The position numbers and the translations under genes were made by a program. From NCBI GenBank assembly GCA_026397595.1, contig JAPLUO010000197.1:1-59466 (forward strand): DNA of 59,466 nt, in the 5' to 3' direction. The notes beneath the pieces are model-generated. The model was not told the origin of the DNA, did no database searches, and saw only the letters and a list, made by a program, of their open reading frames with translations. This document shows positions 28,253 through 34,881 of the stretch, in pieces; within the stretch, counting starts at the first letter, position 1; each line of letters starts with the position of its first letter. The DNA comes from a candidate division WOR-3 bacterium (lineage in GTDB: Bacteria; Hydrothermota; Tepidihabitantia; Tepidihabitantales; Tepidihabitantaceae).

Positions 28253-29539
28253 ATGACGAACCCACCCGAGCCCGCAATGTCGTTGGAGCAGGCCTACGAT
28301 AATCTCAACCCGACTGTCCCCCTGGAGCATGACAGCGAGTTCCTCGTGAAGGAGCTGTACGGCGAGTTCTGCGACACTGTGAGAGACCGGTTGCTCGTGG
28401 GCAAGTCCAGCCGCTCCAAATTGCTCTTGTCCGGCCACATCGGTTGCGGCAAGTCTACACTGCTCAATGTCATTGAGTGCGACCCCAAGGTCGCCCAAGC
28501 ATTTCTTGTTGTCCGTTGCAGCATCAAGGAGTTCGTGGAGCCGAATGAGCTGGAGCATATCGATCTCCTGTTGGCCATCGCACTCACCGTTGTAGATGCG
28601 GGGCACGAAGCGGGCGTCAAGCTCGACACGGGCACGGGCAAGAGGGTGGTCGAGATGTACAGGGAGCTGCGAGGGCTACTGGTGCACACGAAAGCCACGC
28701 AGAGCACCCGGAAAGCAGCCGCGTCCGCGAGTGCAGGGGTGGGGCTGCCCAAGGCGCTCGCCTGGCTAAGTGCGGACTTCAGGGCTGAGTACAAGTATCA
28801 GGATGAGTTCCGTCGTGAGGTCAGGGAGCATTTCCGTCCGCGACTGACGGACTTCATCAAGACCATCAATCTCCTGCTGGATTCAGTGACGGTGAGACTC
28901 GCGGGCAAGGAGTTGCTGGTTCTCGTGGATGATACCGACAAGCCGGTGGCCGATACCGCCCGGACGCTCTTCGGTACCTACGCAGGACAACTGGCCCAGC
29001 CCAACGCAAGCATCGTATACGTGGTAGACACGTCCGTGTCGTGTTTCGAAGAATTCCCGGCCATCAGCAATCGACTCGGTGGTGAGGAGTTCTTCCCTGC
29101 GGTTATCGTTCAGCCAGAGGGTAACAACCCGAGGACGCCGCGGGAACGGGTGCTCTGCGACCTGCTGCGCAGGCGGGTTCCTGCGAGTGTCATCCCGGAC
29201 GAGCATCTCCTACGGTTGGCTCGACTGAGCGGCGGTGTCGTACGGGAACTGCTGAGACTGGCTCAGCATGCCGTCTTCTTTGGTCGAGGTCGGGTCACGT
29301 CAGACGACATAACGCGTGCCGAGACCAAAGTATTCAACAGCTTCAACTTCGATGCCTCGGACGTCAAAGTCCTCAAAGCAGTTCTCAAGGACAAGACCTG
29401 GCTGCCGACGGATGAAATAGAGAAGAAGTCGTTCTTCAGGCTGCTCTTTTGGACTGCGCTCTTCCAGTACCGAAACGGCGACCGGAAATGGCACCGTCCG
29501 AACCCCATCTTCATTCCTTGGCTGCAAAAGCTCAGCTAG
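28253..29539 (+). CDS. Orc1/Cdc6-like AAA+ P-loop ATPase with winged-helix-like C-terminus
   Basis: Walker A GHIGCGKST, Walker B LLVLVDDTD, the sensor-2-like segment LSGGVVRELLRLAQHA...VTSDDITRAE, and a C-terminal segment of about 80 aa. Confidence 0.7.
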   Translation: MTNPPEPAMSLEQAYDNLNPTVPLEHDSEFLVKELYGEFCDTVRDRLLVGKSSRSKLLLSGHIGCGKSTLLNVIECDPKVAQAFLVVRCSIKEFVEPNELEHIDLLLAIALTVVDAGHEAGVKLDTGTGKRVVEMYRELRGLLVHTKATQSTRKAAASASAGVGLPKALAWLSADFRAEYKYQDEFRREVREHFRPRLTDFIKTINLLLDSVTVRLAGKELLVLVDDTDKPVADTARTLFGTYAGQLAQPNASIVYVVDTSVSCFEEFPAISNRLGGEEFFPAVIVQPEGNNPRTPRERVLCDLLRRRVPASVIPDEHLLRLARLSGGVVRELLRLAQHAVFFGRGRVTSDDITRAETKVFNSFNFDASDVKVLKAVLKDKTWLPTDEIEKKSFFRLLFWTALFQYRNGDRKWHRPNPIFIPWLQKLS

Positions 29540-31770
29540 AGCTCGGGCAGCGGCGTGAACTCGACGACCTGATTCGCAGGCTGCGCCTGCACCTCGGGCG
29601 CGGCGGCATCTTCATTCTCGAAGTCAAGGATGACGCGACGCTGACGGTCGTACGCGAGCGCATCCGGGTCGAACTGGGCCATGTCGAATGGCAGGAACTC
29701 GGATTGAGTGACGACCCGATAGCCGAGGCGCTGCGGCTGTTGAGGTCGGGTGCGACACCCGACGCAGTTTTCACCGTGAACCTGCGCGGGCTAGATGAAA
29801 AGCGCGAGAAGCGCACACTCGTCAACCTGAACACCCGACGTGAGTATGTTCCTGAACGGAGTATCCTGCTGCTGCTCTGGTGCCGACCCGGACAGATGTC
29901 CCGCGTGTCCGATATCGCCAAGGACTTCTGGAGTTTCCGGACCGACGTGGGCCGGTTCAGCGTGATGCCGGACCACACTGCCGAGAAGATGCTCGGTCTA
30001 GCCGCAAGGGAGCTAGAGATTGCGGAGGCGCGAGCCCTGCTCGAACGGGTCGAGCGCGACAGTAAAGCCGCTCCATCAGTGCTGCCATCAGTCCATTTCC
30101 GGTTGGGCGACCTGTTGTCCGACGCCGGTCGGCCGGATGAGGCGCTCGATCACTATCTACCCGCGGTAGACGCGTACCGCAGGCTCGACGACAAGCGGAA
30201 CCTTGGCGCGGTCCTCGGCAACATCGGGAACATCTATAGTGCCAAGGGCGAACTCGACAAGGCTCTCAAGTTCCATGACGAGGCGCTGGCAATACACCGC
30301 GAAGGTGGGTATCAGCAGGGCGTGGCGGATGACCTCGGCAACACCGGGAACATCCACAGCGCCAAGGGCGAACCCGACAAGGCGCTCAAGTACTACGAGG
30401 AGGCGCTGGCGACACATCGCGAAATCGGGCATCAACAGAGCGTGGCGAGCGACCTCGGCAACATCGGGAACATCTACAGCAACAAGGGCGAACCCGACAA
30501 GGCGCTCAAGTACTACGAGGAGGCGCTGTCGATACATCGCGAAATTGGGTATCAGCAGGGCGTGGCGGACCAGCTCGGCAACATCGGTAACATCTATAAC
30601 GCCAAGGGTGAGCCCGACAAGGCGCTCAAGTACTACGAGGAAGCGCTGGCCATGGACCGCGAAATTGGGTATCAGCAGGGCGTGGCGAGCGACCTCGGCA
30701 ACATCGCGAACACCTACAGCAACAAGGGTGAAACCGACAAGGCGCTGAAGCACTTAGAGGAGGCGCTGGCCATAAGCCGCGAAATCGGATATCAGCAGGG
30801 CGTGGCGACCCATCTGGGCAACATTGGGCTCATCTACAGCGACAAGGGTGAACCCGACAAGGCGCTGAAGCACTTAGAGGAAGCGCTGGCGATTAACCGC
30901 GGAATTGGGCATCAGCAAGGCGTGGCGATCGACCTCGGCAACATCGGGAACATCTACAGCGACAAGGGCGAACCCGACAAGGCGCTCAAGTACTACGAGG
31001 AAGCGCTGGCGATTGACCGCAAAACTGGGTATCAGCAGGGCGTGGCGACCCAGCTTAGCAACATCGGGCTCATCTACATCGCCAAGGGCGAACCCGACGA
31101 GGCGCTCAAGTACCATGTGGAAGCGCTGGCGATGGCCCGCGAAATCGGGCATCAGCAAGGCGTGGCGGACCAGCTCGGTAGCATCGGGAACATCTACCGC
31201 GCCAAGGGCGAACTCGACCAGGCGCTCAAGCACTACGAGGAAGCGCTGGCGATAGACCGGGAGATCGGGTACCAGCAGGGCGTGGCGAGCTGCCTCGGCA
31301 ACATCGGGCTCATCAACATCGCCAAGGGCGAACCCGACAAGGCGCTCAGGTACCATGAAGAGTCGCTGGCGATTCACCGCGAAATCGGGTACCAGCAGGG
31401 CGTGGCGACCCAACTCGGCAACATCGGGCTCATCTACATCGCCAAGGGCGAACCCGACAAGGCGCTCAAGTACTATGAGGAAGCGCTGGCGATAGACCGG
31501 GAGATCGGGTACCAGCAGGGCGTGGCGACCCAGCTCGGCAACATCGGGCTCGTTTTGACGGACATGGGGAGGCTGGAGCAGGCCGTGCCGAAATTGGTGG
31601 AGGCGTTGGGCGTTTTTCGGGCCATCGGTTTGGCTGACGGCCCCGCGCAGGTGCTGACCGGGTTGGTCCGGTGTGGAGACAAGCTTGGCCGGGCACGGGT
31701 CCAGGAACTGCTCAAGGACGCGGGACTGGATGTCGAGGGCATTGCCAATCTGCTGAAGTTGGTGGACTAG
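29488..31770 (+). CDS. TPR-repeat protein (unassigned ~200-aa N-domain + 12-13 tandem 40-aa TPR units)
   Basis: Repeats of the form LGNIGNIYSxKGEPDKALKYYEEALAIxREIGYQQGVAxx. The start is ATG 29488 (or 29449), which overlaps the ATPase gene by 52 (91) nt. Confidence 0.8.
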   Translation: MAPSEPHLHSLAAKAQLELGQRRELDDLIRRLRLHLGRGGIFILEVKDDATLTVVRERIRVELGHVEWQELGLSDDPIAEALRLLRSGATPDAVFTVNLRGLDEKREKRTLVNLNTRREYVPERSILLLLWCRPGQMSRVSDIAKDFWSFRTDVGRFSVMPDHTAEKMLGLAARELEIAEARALLERVERDSKAAPSVLPSVHFRLGDLLSDAGRPDEALDHYLPAVDAYRRLDDKRNLGAVLGNIGNIYSAKGELDKALKFHDEALAIHREGGYQQGVADDLGNTGNIHSAKGEPDKALKYYEEALATHREIGHQQSVASDLGNIGNIYSNKGEPDKALKYYEEALSIHREIGYQQGVADQLGNIGNIYNAKGEPDKALKYYEEALAMDREIGYQQGVASDLGNIANTYSNKGETDKALKHLEEALAISREIGYQQGVATHLGNIGLIYSDKGEPDKALKHLEEALAINRGIGHQQGVAIDLGNIGNIYSDKGEPDKALKYYEEALAIDRKTGYQQGVATQLSNIGLIYIAKGEPDEALKYHVEALAMAREIGHQQGVADQLGSIGNIYRAKGELDQALKHYEEALAIDREIGYQQGVASCLGNIGLINIAKGEPDKALRYHEESLAIHREIGYQQGVATQLGNIGLIYIAKGEPDKALKYYEEALAIDREIGYQQGVATQLGNIGLVLTDMGRLEQAVPKLVEALGVFRAIGLADGPAQVLTGLVRCGDKLGRARVQELLKDAGLDVEGIANLLKLVD
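30190..31560 (+). repeat. 120-bp tandem coding repeats (TPR units) of high nucleotide identity
   Basis: Twelve consecutive units, each starting GGCAACATCGGG.... They generate antisense and off-frame shadow ORFs. Confidence 0.9.
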
Positions 31771-31821
31771 CGGCGGCAGGCGATGGACGCAAAGAACTAG
31801 CCGTCGTGTTCGCTCCCCGGC

Positions 31822-31850
31822 AGCCGGCTGATGGCCGGCTTTCTCTTCTT
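31822..31850 (+). terminator. intrinsic terminator after the TPR gene
   Basis: AGCCGGC-tgatg-GCCGGCT forms a 7-bp GC stem, followed by TTCTCTTCTT. Confidence 0.55.
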
Positions 31851-31892
31851 GGCGCAGAAGTCAAGGAGGCGGGGCGCATGCCATGTGTTCTT

Positions 31893-31920
31893 GCCGATTT
31901 CCGATTGGCGATTCGGGCGA
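31893..31920. repeat. heptamer array (GCCGATT TCCGATT GGCGATT ...)
   Basis: The 7-nt period is visible by eye. It leads into the 24-bp array. Confidence 0.6.
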
Positions 31921-31969
31921 AGGCTCCGGGGAAGGCCGCGGGGAAGGGCCGGGTCAAGGTATGGGGCAG

Positions 31970-32190
31970 GAGTTGGGGGAAGAGTTGACCCAAGAGTTGG
32001 GGGAAGAGTTGACCCAAGAGTTGGGGGAAGAGTTGACCCAAGAGTTGGGGGAAGAGTTGGCCCAAGAGCTGGGGGAAGAGTCGGCCCAAGAGTTGGGGGA
32101 AGAGCTGACCCATGAGTTGGGGGAAGAGTTGGCCCAAGAGCTGGGGGAAGCGCTGGCCCAAGAGTTGGGGGAAGTCTTGGGGGAATGGGG
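31970..32190. repeat. 24-bp tandem repeat, ~8.5 units (GAGTTGGGGGAAGAGTTGACCCAA)
   Basis: Near-perfect units with an internal 12-bp sub-period (GAGTTGGGGGAA / GAGTTGACCCAA). It is open in frames on both strands, so coding status is unknown. Confidence 0.9.
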
Positions 32191-32401
32191 GAGGGGAGTT
32201 TCGGAAAGGCTGACTAGTGAATTGAGACTGCCGTAGTTAGGCGGCGGACGGGCGCGGCAGAGTTGTATCCTATCACTAAACTCCCGGCTTGGGGAGCTGG
32301 TAGCTGAATGATTCTAGCATACCGGACGTAACGCCAGCGCAGTAGATCGGTTAAGTCATTTGCGGCCGAGAGCAATTCAAGGGTAGTGGTCGCCCCCTAA
32401 G

Positions 32402-32701
32402 CAGCTTTCGAGTTAGCTTTCGAACAAGCCTTGAATGGTGCTCTGAAATGAGCTTTAAGTCCAGCTTTCAGAAGAGCTTTGTCGTGTGCTTTCACTGAAG
32501 CTATGAACTGAGCGATGGAAGAAGCGATGGCCTGAGCTTTGAGGCGAGCGATGCGCTAAGCGATTGAACGAGCTTTGGACTGAGCTTTGAGAGGTGCTTT
32601 GAAATGAGCTTTCGAGTGAGCTCTTGAATGAGCCTTCGATGGAGCTTTCCGGCGAGCTTTCCAGGGAGTTTCCGAGGGAGCTCTCAAGAGAGCTTTGGCG
32701 G
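32402..32701. repeat. 25 consecutive 12-bp units in perfect register, consensus RAGCTTTNNNNN
   Basis: For example GAGCTTTGAAAT GAGCTTTCGAGT GAGCTCTTGAAT GAGCCTTCGATG GAGCTTTCCGGC GAGCTTTCCAGG. There are no indels over 300 bp, and the region is visibly more AT-rich than its flanks. Confidence 0.85.
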
Positions 32702-32743
32702 GTCGCGGACGGTACCGCGCCGACGGGAGTATAGCGTTCGGGG

Positions 32744-32771
32744 TTGACCTGAATCGGGAATCGAATAGATT
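32744..32771 (+). promoter_or_regulatory. sigma70-like promoter (TTGACC-16-TAGATT), leaderless relative to GTG 32777
   Basis: The -10 ends 5 nt before the GTG. Confidence 0.5.
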
Positions 32772-32776
32772 GAGGA

Positions 32777-33373
32777 GTGATTGGCAGGTTTCTGTTCCGC
32801 TCGCGCGGGGTCATTGGACTGGCCGCGTTCGTCGTGGTGTTCTGGCTGGCAAGGCCGACCGTCGGGTCGTGCTCTGCCGGCCTCGCGTTCGTGCTGGCCG
32901 GGTTGGCGGTGCGGTTCTGGGCTTCGGGCTACATCGGGATTGAGGGCCGGGCGCGGGAAATCGGCGCGAGTCGGAGGATTGCGAGCGGGCCGTATCGTCT
33001 GCTGAGACATCCACTATACATCGGGAACTTCCTGTTGGTGGCGGGGATGGTTATCGCGCTGCGGCCTCCTTTGTTGCTGATGGCTGTCGTACTGGTGGGG
33101 TTTTGCGTGGAGTATGCGGTCATCGTTGTTGAGGAAGAGCGGGATTTGTCACGAGGGCGAGGTCAGAGGCTAGAAGCTAGAAGGCAGAATGCAGAAGTGC
33201 TGAGGCAAGAAGCCAAAAGCCAAGAGCCAAAAGCCAAAACTGCGAATGGCGATGGGCGAGAGGCGAATGGCGAGCAGTTCACCGTTGGACGCGCCATGTG
33301 CGAGTGGCGGACGTGGGTGGTGACTGGCGTGGCGTTCGGGCTTGCGGTTGCCAAGGCGGCAGCGAGGAGTTAG
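32777..33373 (+). CDS. isoprenylcysteine carboxyl / phospholipid methyltransferase-family membrane protein
   Basis: GPYRLLRHPLYIGNFLLVAGMVIAL motif. The C-terminal third carries a heptamer-array-encoded insert (RGQRLEARRQNAEVLRQEAKSQEPKAKTANGDGREANGE). Confidence 0.7.
   Translation: MIGRFLFRSRGVIGLAAFVVVFWLARPTVGSCSAGLAFVLAGLAVRFWASGYIGIEGRAREIGASRRIASGPYRLLRHPLYIGNFLLVAGMVIALRPPLLLMAVVLVGFCVEYAVIVVEEERDLSRGRGQRLEARRQNAEVLRQEAKSQEPKAKTANGDGREANGEQFTVGRAMCEWRTWVVTGVAFGLAVAKAAARS
33162..33273. repeat. heptamer array, ~16 units, in frame inside the ICMT-like gene
   Basis: GCTAGAA x2, GCAGAA-type x2, AGCCAAA/AGCCAAG x4 and NGGCGA-type x5, read in 7-nt steps. Confidence 0.8.
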
Positions 33374-33450
33374 GAGTTAGGTGTTAGGAGTTAGGAGACA
33401 GGAAGCAGCGGAAGACTGCTAACCGCTAACTCTTAACTGCTAACTCTCCC
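33367..33450. repeat. inverted heptamer arrays (GAGTTAG-type then CTGCTAA-type) filling a convergent intergenic spacer; possible bidirectional terminator
   Basis: Twelve units in all. The two arms are about 80% complementary over about 30 nt. The TAG stop of the ICMT-like gene (33371-33373) lies in the first unit. Confidence 0.75.
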
Positions 33451-34863
33451 TCACCGCCGGGGCAGGATTTCGAACTCGGCGGTCAGGGAGGCGGAAATGG
33501 ACGGATGGGAGACATCGCATAAATCCTTGACGCGGCTGACCAGCAGGTAGTGGCCGGGTTTCAGGTCCATGGTGTGGATTCGCTCGACCGCGACGCCGGT
33601 CCGGCCGGGACCGGTGATGGAGCGGCTCGAGACTGGCAGGATTGCTTTCTCGCGGGTTTCGCGCTCGACCAGTTCGTAGGTCGCCTGTACGTCATGGCTG
33701 CCCGCCGAGTACGTGGCGAGGTGGTAGATCTCATAGAGGACATAGAATGACTGCCCGCTTCGCACGCGGGGCACGACCAGCGGGACTGCCCGAGCCCAGT
33801 CGAGGCGGCCGAACTGCGGGCTCTGGGGCGTCGAGTCAACCAGCGAGTAGAAAAGCACGTCAGATACCGGTTGGTCGCGCCGGGAGTAGTCTATGAGGTT
33901 CAGGTTCTGAACGCGGCGGGACGCGGTCTGGCCGCCGTCGGCAATGGCCGTGACGGTTACGGTGTAGATGTCGGCAGGCAGGTTGAAAACCTCGCGGCCT
34001 ACGGCGAACTCGACCACGGTCGTGTCCGGCGGCATCGCGCAGCTTACCCATGATTCCCGGTGAGCCGGCGTGCCCTTGTCCCGGGGAGCGAGGTCAATCG
34101 CGACGTTGATGAGAGGCTGGGTCTGGGACGGGAATGCGGCCATGATCGTCCGTAGCGGAATCCCGAACGCGAGTTCGACTTCGACCGAGTCGGCGTGCTG
34201 CCCGAGCCGGCCGAGCGATACCTCTAGTCCAAGGGGCCGGGCGTCCTTTGTGATGGCGGGCGCGGAACGACCCAGGTCCACCGGTTCAAGCGACGGCATG
34301 ACAGCGCTGCGGCCGTAGCGGCTTTCGCCGACCTGTTTGTACGCGGTGCCGGTGCGGACGAAGTCGAACTGGCGACCGAGGGAGTCGTATGACCAGATTT
34401 CCGCCGGGTTGACATAAATGCGGCTGGTTTCGGTCTCTATGGCGTGCGGTTCGTATTGCTCGCGGCGGGCCGGGCCGTAGCGGATGTAGGTGCGGACCCG
34501 GTCGTCGTTCAGCAGGTCGGTCGCGCCGAAGAAGGTCCGGGCCTGAAGCGCGCGCTGGTGGTAGAAGGCAGAGGGAGAAGGGAGGAGGGAGTCGGGAGTA
34601 GGGTTCAGGCCGGGAGGAAGATTGCGCCAGAACCAGTCAAGGTATTCGGCCCGGCCGCGGGCCGTGCTCGACGATGCGTATTGCTGGGCCGCGTTCGGGG
34701 CAATCGCTGCAAGCACGAGATAGTTGAGTTTGTCGTCGTCAGAGAGCGAGTCAGCGGGGGACAACTGTCTGACCTGGCCGCAGGAGGACAGCAGGAGAAT
34801 GCAGAATGCAGATTGCAGAATGCAGATTGCAGACTGCAGACCGCGGGGTTCCGGGTTAGTCAT
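33451..34863 (-). CDS. secreted lipoprotein, possibly GWxTD-domain-like
   Basis: The N-terminus RGLQSAICILQSAFCILLLSSCG is a signal peptide plus lipobox. AEYLDWFWRNLPP...RVRTYIRYGPA is weakly reminiscent of GWxTD proteins. Confidence 0.5.
   Translation of the reverse strand: MTNPEPRGLQSAICILQSAFCILLLSSCGQVRQLSPADSLSDDDKLNYLVLAAIAPNAAQQYASSSTARGRAEYLDWFWRNLPPGLNPTPDSLLPSPSAFYHQRALQARTFFGATDLLNDDRVRTYIRYGPARREQYEPHAIETETSRIYVNPAEIWSYDSLGRQFDFVRTGTAYKQVGESRYGRSAVMPSLEPVDLGRSAPAITKDARPLGLEVSLGRLGQHADSVEVELAFGIPLRTIMAAFPSQTQPLINVAIDLAPRDKGTPAHRESWVSCAMPPDTTVVEFAVGREVFNLPADIYTVTVTAIADGGQTASRRVQNLNLIDYSRRDQPVSDVLFYSLVDSTPQSPQFGRLDWARAVPLVVPRVRSGQSFYVLYEIYHLATYSAGSHDVQATYELVERETREKAILPVSSRSITGPGRTGVAVERIHTMDLKPGHYLLVSRVKDLCDVSHPSISASLTAEFEILPRR
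34791..34849. repeat. heptamer array (GCAGAAT/GCAGATT x6) encoding the signal-peptide core
   Basis: GCAGAAT GCAGATT GCAGAAT GCAGATT GCAGACT GCAGACC at 34801-34842. Confidence 0.85.
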
Positions 34864-34881
34864 TGGGACCTGGCTATTTCC

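Noticed and set aside
30157-31413. Long minus-strand ORFs (30157..30753, 30874..31413), the off-frame plus ORFs inside the TPR gene (30203..30748, 30905..31255), and the analogous 58761..59420(-) and 59026..59262(+)
   Set aside because: They are shadow ORFs created by the 120-bp periodic, stop-poor TPR coding repeats. Their translations are low-complexity mirror images with no independent start or promoter support.
31970-32701. Possibility that the 24-bp and 12-bp arrays are CRISPR arrays
   Set aside because: The units are contiguous, with no unique spacers of CRISPR length. The repeat length (12/24 bp) and degeneracy do not fit, and there are no cas genes in the window.
32455-32814. 119-aa Ser-rich ORF on the minus strand across the 12-bp array, and 31712..32161(-) across the 24-bp array
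   Set aside because: Each would have to start inside, or run into, a well-supported opposite-strand gene and its promoter. I found no start-site support. I keep them only as an untested alternative in the findings.
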